This document shows positions 1 to 9,639 of a stretch of 64,000 bases of DNA, one piece after another. Made by a program: the position numbers and the translations under genes. Origin of the DNA: Calditrichia bacterium (GTDB lineage: Bacteria; Calditrichota; Calditrichia; JAJRVZ01); NCBI GenBank assembly GCA_963796965.1, contig CAWCNS010000011.1:752262-816261 (forward strand). Direction: 5' to 3'. The first letter of the stretch is position 1, and each line of letters begins with the position of its first letter. The notes under the pieces were generated by a model. The model searched no databases. It was not told where the DNA came from and was given only the letters and a program-made list of their open reading frames with translations.

Positions 1-2284
1 AGTTTGATCCTATCTGCGTCTCATAGTCACTTTCAAAGAAGTAATTCCAGGATCGTGCTTGTTGTTTCTTGTTAGTAGATGTTTTAAGGATCAACGATTC
101 CCCGGGTTGCAGTTGCAGATACACTTCTGATTTTTCCTTAAGATTACGTACTCTTGCTTCTCCATATCCTCCGGAAATTGGTTCAAGAATCAATGCTGAA
201 ACGAAAGGTTGACTTAATGCTACCCAGTCATCAAGAGCCCGATCAGATAAATTCGCCAGAAAGTAGTAATATCCATCCTCATGTTTTCGCCGGATAAAGC
301 CAACACCTTTTCTGGCAATAGGTTCTGCCTTCACTTTAGCAAATGGAAACAATTTCTCCTCATTCGTTCCCAGAATTAATCTGCCCTTACCCAGGTCAGC
401 TGTGTACGTTTCGGTGTCGGTTTGTGTATCAAAATTTAATCCACACATACTATTAGACAAGGCTTCCTGTCGATCAATATAATTTGAATAACCCGGAACA
501 CTCGTAGGTAATTTGTTGTCAAACAGAATGGTCGCCCCACTCTCAGCCAGACCCAGCAATTTATCCCAGGTTTTTTCAGGCATATAGTGACATTCAGGTA
601 TCAGGATCGTTTGATAACTTCCACCCTCTAATGTAATCTTACCATTTTTATAAATTGCGCCTTGTAAGAGATTATCGGAGATATAATCAAAAGTATAGCC
701 ATTAGATTTAAGATAATGGGCTAATTCTCCACACCGTTGTTCCGTAAGCCATTTATTATCATGAACAGTAAGTTTCTGTTCCATTCCCTCTGGATCATGC
801 CAGATATCAAATATCGGCCAATAAAGCAATATATCATTGGCGGGCTCTCCCGACTGGAGCACAGATTGCACACGTTGGACATAGGTATTTAAAGCAGGTA
901 AATCACGCCAGATGGCATTCTCTTTTTCAAAATGAGTGGAGGCATAGAAAAGCCATCCCGGCCATTCCGCCTCAGCGGGTGTATAGGCATTGCCATGATA
1001 AAAAATGTGATTAATTCCGGCCAGAAAAAGTTGATCTATTTCCGGCTTTGCTTGAGACAACGCTGATTTATAATGATCTCGCAGCCATGTGCAGGTTTCA
1101 GATGCCACTAACTTTTTCCCGGACACATGGGCGGCAGAGGACGAAAATTGAAGCACCAACAGATTAGGTGCGTCTTTGGCAATATTTTCCGGCAATCGTC
1201 TTAGTCCCGGGATTGCAAATTGTGTTGATCCAAAAGTCTCAGTTTCAGGAATATCGGCAGTTGCATAAAGATCCAACAAATTTCCTGGCGCGCCGTGGGC
1301 CTGATCGCGGGTGGATGAACCAATCTTATGGGACCAATCTACCCAATTCTTAATATATTTCTGATGTAACTCTGCTAATGTTTGCCGGTAATCGGCTTTT
1401 ATACGGCTTGTTAATTCCGGCTCCCCATCCCCGAAGAGGAGAGGCAGATGTTCAGTCAGATCATACCCCCTCCGCGTGCTAAATTCTGATAAGAAATCAT
1501 CGGTCCAGTTAGCATGATAGTACTCAAAAGAATCATGGTATTGTGCGCGTGGGGCAGGCCCGTTGTATTTCTCAAAGGCTTCGTCAAATCGCTGTAAATA
1601 GAAATCCAATGATTTCACAGAGAATGGGTCTATTACCAATCCTTGATTACCCGGTGCCGCTCGCTTGACTTTTTGTCCGGTTCCACTTTGCCATAGGATA
1701 TAAACTTTCCAGCTGCCTGCTGGCGCTTTCCAGATGAGTTCCTTCTCTGAATTAATAGTGTCAGAAAGATCGATAGTCTTGCCCTGCTTAGAAAACGCCT
1801 TAGCCAGCACCCAGCCTGAATCACTTAAACTTTCGACAATCTGCTTTCCACCCTCTACCTGAATAACCTTACTTTCGATCTTTTTCGCAGCATAGGTCTC
1901 AGTAACATGTGATCCGCCAAAGGGCCAGCCAGTGCCGGTTGTCATATCTACCCACATACCCAACCTGTCTGCTTCCTGCACGGTGTGTTCAAGCATTTTC
2001 ATCCAATCAGGATTCAAATAATTAATAAATTTATCTTCTTCTCCTTTTACCCCATAGATGGGTACTATCGTTACACCTCCAATTCCTGCAGCATCCAAAT
2101 TCTCGAGATTGTAGGTGATGTTTTCCGCATCAACGGCACTTCCCATCCACCACCAATAGACACCTGGCCTGTGTTCAATTTTTTCATCCGGCCAGACCTC
2201 GTCAGAGGAAAAATTCGAGAGTGAATCACAACCGGCTAATATAACCAGGATTAATGAGGTTAGCATTAAATAGCCATGTTTCAT
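1..2284 (-). CDS. Glycoside hydrolase family 106-like (alpha-L-rhamnosidase-type) lipoprotein, truncated by the left window edge
   Basis: Translated by hand from ATG at 2284 (absent from the ORF track because it runs off the window): MKHGYLMLTSLILVILAGC lipobox, RPGVYWWWMGSAVD, GIGGVTIVPIYG, GMWVDMTTGTGWPFGG, QKVKRAAPG, HDSFEY, QAHGAPGNLLDLYATADIPETE. These motifs are typical of GH106. Confidence 0.85.
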   Translation of the reverse strand, partial: MKHGYLMLTSLILVILAGCDSLSNFSSDEVWPDEKIEHRPGVYWWWMGSAVDAENITYNLENLDAAGIGGVTIVPIYGVKGEEDKFINYLNPDWMKMLEHTVQEADRLGMWVDMTTGTGWPFGGSHVTETYAAKKIESKVIQVEGGKQIVESLSDSGWVLAKAFSKQGKTIDLSDTINSEKELIWKAPAGSWKVYILWQSGTGQKVKRAAPGNQGLVIDPFSVKSLDFYLQRFDEAFEKYNGPAPRAQYHDSFEYYHANWTDDFLSEFSTRRGYDLTEHLPLLFGDGEPELTSRIKADYRQTLAELHQKYIKNWVDWSHKIGSSTRDQAHGAPGNLLDLYATADIPETETFGSTQFAIPGLRRLPENIAKDAPNLLVLQFSSSAAHVSGKKLVASETCTWLRDHYKSALSQAKPEIDQLFLAGINHIFYHGNAYTPAEAEWPGWLFYASTHFEKENAIWRDLPALNTYVQRVQSVLQSGEPANDILLYWPIFDIWHDPEGMEQKLTVHDNKWLTEQRCGELAHYLKSNGYTFDYISDNLLQGAIYKNGKITLEGGSYQTILIPECHYMPEKTWDKLLGLAESGATILFDNKLPTSVPGYSNYIDRQEALSNSMCGLNFDTQTDTETYTADLGKGRLILGTNEEKLFPFAKVKAEPIARKGVGFIRRKHEDGYYYFLANLSDRALDDWVALSQPFVSALILEPISGGYGEARVRNLKEKSEVYLQLQPGESLILKTSTNKKQQARSWNYFFESDYETQIGSN

Positions 2285-2482
2285 TTTGTATCCCTTCTTG
2301 ATATAATGTTAATCTCACACAGCGCCGCTGCGTCGCTGCACGAAAAATTATATAATCATTTCATATTTTCTGAGAACATGCAGGAAAATCCCTCATGATA
2401 ACAAAAGAATCTCTATTTGTTCTCTGCGCTACGCCTACCGGCGGGCAGGTCTCTACGAGAAAAATACAGAGGCGGTGCAAGC

Positions 2483-3610
2483 CTATTTATTAAGTTTACC
2501 TGATATCTGAGGGATGGCATCTTTATGTACCAGGTAGGCCAGAACTTTAAGACGGGAATAATCGGCATGATAGATAAAATAGCCTTTAAATTCACCCTCC
2601 CAGGCATCCCTCCAGGAATCTTTTACCAGAAACCAGTCTTCACCTTTAAAATTTGTATATCCCACAATATGCATTAAATGATCGTCAGTTGTTATCTTTT
2701 TATTAAAGCGATAGTCACGCGCCGCCTGGTCAATATAATCTCCAGGAATATCATAGTCCGGAATATAACAGACATCCATGGAACCAAGTCTACCCGGTTC
2801 CCCTATATCACCATCAATCGCCAGCGAGTAACCCCTTGATAAAGCGTCTTTCATTCCCAAATAGAAGAGATCCAATGGCACATTAAAATAGGTAGTCAAT
2901 CCCAACCAATTGTCCGGCACATCGAGTTTAACAAATTTATTAAAGGGAGCATATAAAAAAGAAGTAACTGCGAGATAATCATCCCAGGGCAAATTAACAT
3001 ATTGACGAGCGAAAGATAGCGGCGTGTATTGTTTGCCCTCATATTCGAATGTAGCAGGAGGGCGTCCCAAATACTTATCAAGAATTTTTGTCAGATTTTT
3101 AAGGATTTCCTCTTTCTGCCAAGTGTCTCGAGCAATAATTTCATCTTTCAGATCTTCAATCTCAGATTCCAGGGCTTTATGATTGTATTTTCCTGAAAAT
3201 GCTACCTGCCCTTGATAAGCCTCATCGGGCATGATACCATAGGTCTGAATTATTTCCAATACAGTTGGAAATAAATCACCGGGACTGAATCTGGACTTAC
3301 CCTTTGTTTCAACAAAATACTTTCCTTTTTCAAGAAAAGCATGATATACGGGAAACATAACCGCCAGTTTTATCGATTTTCCATTAATACGATACATTTC
3401 AGATTCAATTAATGAAAGTGTCGAGAAGCTCCAACAGGCGTTTGTTGTATCCTGATTCACCGGTGGTAAATGATAAATTGGATTAAAAAGCGCCAAAGAT
3501 CCGGGTTTCTCATAGGGGATTTTATCAGCAGGGTCACCAGCCGCTAAATTTTTAAGAATTAAAACCGTTACTGTTGTAATTATAAGGACATATAAAGATC
3601 TTTGTGTCAT
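2483..3610 (-). CDS. Secreted papain-family (C1) cysteine peptidase, aminopeptidase C-like
   Basis: Signal peptide; Q..T.ACWSFS catalytic Cys motif; TDDHLMHIVG catalytic His; WFLVKDSW. Confidence 0.88.
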   Translation of the reverse strand: MTQRSLYVLIITTVTVLILKNLAAGDPADKIPYEKPGSLALFNPIYHLPPVNQDTTNACWSFSTLSLIESEMYRINGKSIKLAVMFPVYHAFLEKGKYFVETKGKSRFSPGDLFPTVLEIIQTYGIMPDEAYQGQVAFSGKYNHKALESEIEDLKDEIIARDTWQKEEILKNLTKILDKYLGRPPATFEYEGKQYTPLSFARQYVNLPWDDYLAVTSFLYAPFNKFVKLDVPDNWLGLTTYFNVPLDLFYLGMKDALSRGYSLAIDGDIGEPGRLGSMDVCYIPDYDIPGDYIDQAARDYRFNKKITTDDHLMHIVGYTNFKGEDWFLVKDSWRDAWEGEFKGYFIYHADYSRLKVLAYLVHKDAIPQISGKLNK

Positions 3611-4037
3611 AATTTGAACCCAATTTTATCTTATTAGTATAGAATTTATTTAATCTTCAGGATATAGACGATAAAATATACCTCCCGTGTTTCATAGATA
3701 CAAGATCTGTAATTCCTAAATTTTTTATTTCCCAACACCTCTCGCAAGAACTTGGAAATCTCCGATCTTGCATCTTACCAATATAATTTTTAACCTTAAG
3801 TTCTAATTGCTTAAACATCTCAAAACAGTATCCACAGGCTACACGAATTTATAAGAACATTACCTATTTTTTTAGATTACCGTTTTGATGATTAGGAATA
3901 TCAATACTAATAATCCCAAAAATTGGAATTTTAATTCGTGTTTGTAAAAACCTAACCCGCTTTCGGCGGATTACTATGCTTAATTTTCATTTCGTTCTAA
4001 ACCTGTTAATACTTACTCAAAAGGTTTTCTCATACTC

Positions 4038-4817
4038 GTGATAGTCACCTATCTAATTATATTACTCACTGGCATGTCCGTGGGAATAGTATCCACAATT
4101 TTTGGCGTTGGCGGCGGTATTATTATGGTTCCCCTTTTAAGTTTGATTCTCCCTTTTAGCCATATTGAGGCCGTGGCAACCAGTTTGGCAACAATCGTAT
4201 TTGTGGCAAGTTTCAATACCTATAATTTTTCCAAAAAGGGTGTTATTGTGTGGGCCATTGTTCCATGGATTGCCGTTGCATCATCATTCTTTGCTTTTCT
4301 CTCCGCCAGGCTTTCTACTTATTTACCAGAATTTGTATTGATCCTGGTATTTTTACTCTTTCTCTTCTATACGGCCATTCGAACATTCCTCATAAAAAAA
4401 GATGACGGTCAAGAATTATCCGGGGAGCATCCGAGATGGATACCAATTGGAATCGGAACTGTCAGTGGTATGATTTCGGGTCTCACTGGAATTGGGGGAG
4501 GTGGAATTACCACACCAATGATGCTGGTAACAAAGTTAGTTAAAAATATACAAGCAGCTCCAACTTCTAATGCGATCATGATTTTCACTACTTTTTTTTC
4601 CAGTTTGGCCTTTGCAATTGCCCAAACAGATCTGTCGGATGCCTTTATGCTGGGATATATTCATCTCGATACCGCATTTCTCCTATTTATAGGAAGTGCA
4701 TCAGTATCCAGATTTGGCGTTTCACGTAATCATAGGGTAACACTATTCTGGCGCAAGACAGTACTGGGACTTTTATTAATGTTTATCTGTATCCGATTGC
4801 TTTATCTACTGATTTGA
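4038..4817 (+). CDS. TauE/SafE-family (TSUP) membrane exporter
   Basis: Two GxGGG...P repeats (FGVGGGIIMVP; TGIGGGGITTP), AVATSL, about 8 TM helices. Confidence 0.9.
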   Translation: MIVTYLIILLTGMSVGIVSTIFGVGGGIIMVPLLSLILPFSHIEAVATSLATIVFVASFNTYNFSKKGVIVWAIVPWIAVASSFFAFLSARLSTYLPEFVLILVFLLFLFYTAIRTFLIKKDDGQELSGEHPRWIPIGIGTVSGMISGLTGIGGGGITTPMMLVTKLVKNIQAAPTSNAIMIFTTFFSSLAFAIAQTDLSDAFMLGYIHLDTAFLLFIGSASVSRFGVSRNHRVTLFWRKTVLGLLLMFICIRLLYLLI

Positions 4818-5028
4818 TCTTCTTTTCCACATCGCGTAGAGACGCTCCCAATGGAATGCCTTGGTCAAATAATAATTCAAGGCCCCCAGGCAGTTGGAGA
4901 GATTAAAATCATCCTATGATTTAATTTATATGTTGTTTTAAATATTAAAAAAGTATGACATTCCAAAATATTGTTCATCAAAAATTATAGGGAATTCCCT
5001 GCGGCATTATCTGAGAAATTTATATAAC

Positions 5029-6006
5029 ATGAATCACACCCATCATCTCTACCCTATGGATTGTATTGAAGGTGCAAAAAAACATCTTCAAGATAATTCT
5101 GTGGATTTGATAATCACCGATCCACCTTATGGCATTAAAGGGGATAAAATACATGTCCATTATAACCGGAAAGAAAAGAATGTTATCGATGGCTATGTTG
5201 AAGTGCCCCTTGAACAATATGCAGAATTCAGCCATAAGTGGATCAATGAAGCAGTACGCGTTCTGCGCCCAGGGGGTAGTCTCTACATCGTTTCCGGATA
5301 TTCAAATCTGACAGATATTCTTATCACCCTGCGTGATACAGAACTGGTTGCGGTAAATCATTTAATCTGGAAATATAATTTCGGCGTTTATACTTCTAAA
5401 AAATTTATATCTTCTCATTATCATATTCTCTATTACACGAAACCAGGCGGTTTGGTGACATTTAATAACCACTCCCGATTTGGGTCTGATGAGAAAGACG
5501 AACAAGGAGGTTCTTTAAATTACCGTGACCGCGAAGATGTTTGGCTTATTAATCGTGAATATAAACACGGAGAAATAAAAAATAAGAATGAACTGCCCAT
5601 GGAATTAATCATTAAAATGATGCAATACAGTAGTAATGAGGGAGACCTTGTTGCTGATTTCTTTCTTGGAGGTTTTAGCACTGCAAAGGTAGCACTTGGC
5701 ATGAACCGCTCGATGGTTGGATTTGAAATCAATTCTAAAGCTTTTAATCATCATATACAGGAATTTTCACTGATAAAACAAGGCTATCTTCTCGATTCAC
5801 TTAGAAAAGGAAACGGTACTCTTCCCAAAAATCTAAGAAAAAGGTGGACAGAAAATGAAAAAAAAAGGTTACAAAAAAGATTTAATGTGCTGTACCAACA
5901 ATTTCGAAATAAACGTCAGTCAATAAGAATTCTTGAACAAGAATTCGAGCGCGGATACTTTGCCATTTTAAGACAATTAGAAAAAACAGTCAGACCCAAA
6001 AAATAA
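5029..6006 (+). CDS. Beta-class N4-C/N6-A DNA methyltransferase with basic C-terminal extension
   Basis: VDLIITDPPY catalytic motif precedes GDLVADFFLGGFST SAM-binding motif; RVLRPGGS. Confidence 0.92.
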   Translation: MNHTHHLYPMDCIEGAKKHLQDNSVDLIITDPPYGIKGDKIHVHYNRKEKNVIDGYVEVPLEQYAEFSHKWINEAVRVLRPGGSLYIVSGYSNLTDILITLRDTELVAVNHLIWKYNFGVYTSKKFISSHYHILYYTKPGGLVTFNNHSRFGSDEKDEQGGSLNYRDREDVWLINREYKHGEIKNKNELPMELIIKMMQYSSNEGDLVADFFLGGFSTAKVALGMNRSMVGFEINSKAFNHHIQEFSLIKQGYLLDSLRKGNGTLPKNLRKRWTENEKKRLQKRFNVLYQQFRNKRQSIRILEQEFERGYFAILRQLEKTVRPKK

Positions 6007-6227
6007 TTAAAGGAAATCAGTTTAACTCTGTTTCGAAATCACGAATACCAAACACGCACTCCCTATAATTCAACAAAATATTTATTAAATTGTTAGAATA
6101 TTTTTACTTAATAAATCGTTATCTAGGTCAAATCTATTTTGAGTATCCAGATTAGAAGGATTTACATCATAATAAAATAAAAGAGAACAAAGTTCTCACT
6201 TTAATTTTACCTAAAAAGGAGAAGATA

Positions 6228-6767
6228 ATGAAAGGATCAATTAAGATTATTACGATGCTTGTATTGAGCATTTTTGCGGCGAACCTGGCCTATTCACATT
6301 GCCAGGTGCCATGTGGGATCTACGGTGATCAGTTGCGTATAGAACTTTTAAAAGAGCATGTTACAACTATTGAAAAAGCAATGAATCAAATCAATGAGTT
6401 GTCCAGAAATCCTGGCGCCAACATGAACCAGCTGGTTCGATGGGTAGAAAATAAAGATAAACATGCTGATGAATTTACAGAAATCATCACTTATTATTTT
6501 CTTGCTCAAAGAATTAAGATTAAGGATCCAGGAAATTCAAAAGAATTCCAGGATTATCAGAAAAAATTAACTTATCTTCACCAAATGATGGTGTTTTCAA
6601 TGAAAGCAAAACAGACAACTGATCTTAAGAACACGAGTAAATTAAAACAATTGGTTGAGGAATTTGCAGGTATTTATTTCAGCCCGGAAGATTTAAAACA
6701 TTTAAAATCACGTCAGCCTCATGGTCAATCTGGAAAATCCGGATCATCTGGATCATCTGGACGTTAA
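6228..6767 (+). CDS. sodN: Nickel superoxide dismutase with signal peptide
   Basis: Ni-hook HCQVPCGIY directly after an AYS signal-peptidase site; NQLVRWVENKDKHA; AAGGAG RBS. Confidence 0.92.
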   Translation: MKGSIKIITMLVLSIFAANLAYSHCQVPCGIYGDQLRIELLKEHVTTIEKAMNQINELSRNPGANMNQLVRWVENKDKHADEFTEIITYYFLAQRIKIKDPGNSKEFQDYQKKLTYLHQMMVFSMKAKQTTDLKNTSKLKQLVEEFAGIYFSPEDLKHLKSRQPHGQSGKSGSSGSSGR

Positions 6768-6826
6768 TCACTTATCTAATATCTTGAGGTTTTCGAGAAA
6801 GGCCATGACTTCTAAATATTTTTTTG

Positions 6827-6912
6827 TTCGTGGTCTTTGTGTCTACATCGTGGTACTTCGTGATATAACAACATCTCACGAAGTACCACAAAATTATCAC
6901 GAGAATCACGAA
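6827..6912. repeat. Periodic TTCGTG/CACGAA inverted repeat
   Basis: Four TTCGTG-like units followed by four CACGAA-like units; core gtggtacttcgtga...tcacgaagtaccac. Confidence 0.8.
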
Positions 6913-6984
6913 GCAATAATAATAATTGCAATCCTATAAATCCTGTTATCCTAAAAAAATAGTGGAATGGTGTAGACGCAAATA

Positions 6985-8637
6985 TTATTTCAATAATAGC
7001 ATTTGTTTAACATCAGAAAAATGTTCAGATAATAGGTGATAGTAGTAAATTCCACTGGCTACTTTTTTTCCCTGAATATCCCTTCCATCCCATAGCACAA
7101 CCCACTGACCTGCGTTTAAAAATTCTCGAATTAGCGTTGCGATTTTTCCACCTGCTATATTATAAATTGTGATGGTTACATTGGAAGGTTCCGTAAGTTC
7201 AAAGGGTATTGTGGTACCTGAATTGAAAGGATTTGGATAGTTCTGGCCAAGACTGTAAATCCTGGGCGCTTCTTGTACAATGATCCACTCATGATCAACT
7301 GCTGCTTTTTTGTCAGAAACTTCAACTTTTAAAGAGTGGACTCCTTTGGAATATTTGGTTGATTCATAAGTAAAGATAGTATCCTTAACATCTGTTAACT
7401 GCTCGTCGAGACGCCATAAATAAATCAAACTATCACCTGACAAATCATTTGCTGAGATATGGAAAGTTTGAACATCACCCGTATATATTGGAACCACCTC
7501 CTGATTAGGTATGATATTATAAATTTGTGGTCTGTGTTTATCCCTTAGCAATTGCCAATATAAATCGTAAGCAGTTTGCAGATTTTCCACAAGGCTAAAA
7601 ATACCCTCTCCAATACCAAGTCCAAATGCGACATGTAACGTATCGCCAGGCTGCATATCCCAAGGACCTGCGGATTGGAGATACTGATAGTCATCTACAA
7701 TCTGGGGAGCCAACATGAATTTTTCATCTGCCATTTTCCTATAATATTCAGATCCCCTGTTCGGCATTTCTTGTTGAGAATACCATTGGTGTCCTGATTG
7801 CTGATTCGCAGGTACTCCCCTTTTTGTCTGCGGGCTATTTAATATCCGGGAGCCAACATATCCCAAACTCTCTTTGGGAATATAATATCCTCCCATATCA
7901 TTTTCAGGAGTGTTCAGATCATTACCATCATACATAAATGATATGGATTCAGGAATTTGATTCACCCCCCGACTGAGCAAGTACCCTACACGATCGTCCG
8001 ACCAGTATGGCATTCCAGCTACCAATCCCCCGGCTGCTGAAATATCAAAGTCCATTAGCAGACCTGCATAGATATCTTCCAATGGTTCCGATCCTTCATT
8101 GATGATCAGATATTCATAAATAAAGAAGTCATCCCGCCAAAAGTCAGTCCAGGCATATACACGGCAAACTGTGCGTATTCTTTCCAATTGTAAACCAGCA
8201 GAGTCATCCGTCATTGAATAGGATACCATGATATGAGAAGGGATGTCACTTGTATTATTTTGTACTTTAAAGTCTGTTGATGTTTTTCTATTGAATAAAA
8301 CAGTCGTGGAATCAATACCAACAAAAAAAGTACCTGAAGACAAATAATGATTATCCGGATATCCTCCCTCGATCCAACTCATCGAAGGATAGCGTAAATC
8401 ATCACGACCGATACGGAATGAATGGGGATCATCATCCGTAGAAAAATTCTTTGTATTATTGGCCACAAAATTTTTCAAGCTACCAATATTTATAATAACA
8501 GAATCATAAGGTATCGCGTGAAATGAACTTTTGGAGGATTGGGAAAATTTGCCTGGCATTTGCTGGGCATTCAACAATGAAGCAGAGAGTAAGAGGAGAA
8601 CGATTATGATATTTTTCATCACCACGGTTTTTCGCAT
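6985..8637 (-). CDS. Secreted protein with C-terminal T9SS-type-A/FlgD-like sorting domain
   Basis: Signal peptide; C-terminal LGQNYPNPFNSGTTIPF...IYNIAG...WDGRD...VASGIYYY...KQMLLLK. Confidence 0.85.
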   Translation of the reverse strand: MRKTVVMKNIIIVLLLLSASLLNAQQMPGKFSQSSKSSFHAIPYDSVIINIGSLKNFVANNTKNFSTDDDPHSFRIGRDDLRYPSMSWIEGGYPDNHYLSSGTFFVGIDSTTVLFNRKTSTDFKVQNNTSDIPSHIMVSYSMTDDSAGLQLERIRTVCRVYAWTDFWRDDFFIYEYLIINEGSEPLEDIYAGLLMDFDISAAGGLVAGMPYWSDDRVGYLLSRGVNQIPESISFMYDGNDLNTPENDMGGYYIPKESLGYVGSRILNSPQTKRGVPANQQSGHQWYSQQEMPNRGSEYYRKMADEKFMLAPQIVDDYQYLQSAGPWDMQPGDTLHVAFGLGIGEGIFSLVENLQTAYDLYWQLLRDKHRPQIYNIIPNQEVVPIYTGDVQTFHISANDLSGDSLIYLWRLDEQLTDVKDTIFTYESTKYSKGVHSLKVEVSDKKAAVDHEWIIVQEAPRIYSLGQNYPNPFNSGTTIPFELTEPSNVTITIYNIAGGKIATLIREFLNAGQWVVLWDGRDIQGKKVASGIYYYHLLSEHFSDVKQMLLLK

Positions 8638-8739
8638 ATTTTTTATTTGTATACTCCTTAATTATACAAAAGTTTAATTAAGGTATTAAAATTCCCATTT
8701 AATTGGTTTAAAAGTGATAAATATCTCCATATGAAAGAC

Positions 8740-8769
8740 TGTGAATAACTTGTGAATAACTGTGAATAA
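8740..8769. promoter_or_regulatory. Three tandem DnaA-box matches (TGTGAATAA)
   Basis: TGTGAATAA at 8740, 8751 and 8761 is the reverse complement of TTATTCACA, matching TTWTNCACA, in a ~600 bp AT-rich spacer. Confidence 0.55.
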
Positions 8770-9236
8770 ATCAGGCTTTTTTTTAAATAATGCCACAATA
8801 ATATCTATTTTTATACAGAAATAGATTCAATAGGTGAACAAGAGTATACAAGTTATTAAAATTAATGAACTCTAATATCCCCAACACCATTCAACCATTT
8901 TAAAAAAGATCTCAATAATAATATTTTGGCATAAACTTTTAAATAATAATGACTTACCGGATTTATACATGCCCTATTCTTAAATTCTGGCAAAAACACA
9001 ACGAACTTCTGCTCTATTCCCGGGCTTGATTTAAGGGGGTTTGAAACATCTATGCTCTGTCCATCATATCGGCGAGATTTATCATCATATACGATAAATT
9101 TGTAAAATTCTAAACCATCGCTTTAGATAATCCCTTCTGGGGATAACTTTTTTTACACAAAATAACCATCATTGCCAATATCAATACTTTTTCAGGGCAT
9201 TTTACCCTCAATAATCACTATAAATTTGAAATAGGA

Positions 9237-9419
9237 CTACCCCATCCAAAAACCTTTCCGATGTGAGAGTCCCAAAACAGCACGACAATGAGGGCAATAA
9301 TAAATATACCGTCTACCAAATGCCCCACGCAGTTCCTGGTACCAAACCGTATCAATATCAATTTTACAATGCCCGCATATTGGCTTCACATTATGTTTTT
9401 CTAGCATTTCTACCATCAT
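9237..9419 (-). CDS. Small zinc-ribbon protein (~60 aa)
   Basis: CGHC...CPHC pairs, C-terminal LGLSHRKGFWMG; probable start ATG at 9419 after GGAGGG (ORF track extends to 9485). Confidence 0.7.
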   Translation of the reverse strand: MMVEMLEKHNVKPICGHCKIDIDTVWYQELRGAFGRRYIYYCPHCRAVLGLSHRKGFWMG

Positions 9420-9639
9420 TCTTCCCTCCGATATTTCATGATAAAATGTGTCTAACCTAAAAACCCATTTCAAAGTCCGATACAATCAAATTAATCCAGA
9501 TTCAATTAGACAATTCATATAGATATCACCTCCATGGAAATTACATGTCAATAGTTATATATACACATGAAATAAAAAATAATTCGGGGGATCTGAATTA
9601 ATTTGCAGAATTAATTGAGTAGGTCCATAGGGTTGAAAA

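Noticed and set aside
1..10. Window begins AGTTTGATCC, like the 16S 27F primer site
   Set aside because: The match is only 10 nt and the following sequence belongs to the minus-strand glycosidase gene; coincidence.
8740..8769. Short direct repeats here and at 32085-32119 as a possible CRISPR array
   Set aside because: Units are 7-11 nt with no unique spacers, and there are no cas genes in the window.
8860..9200. Possible minus-strand ORF in the AT-rich spacer
   Set aside because: The ATG at 9200 is followed at once by CCC TGA, and the longer open stretch lacks a good start and any recognisable motif.
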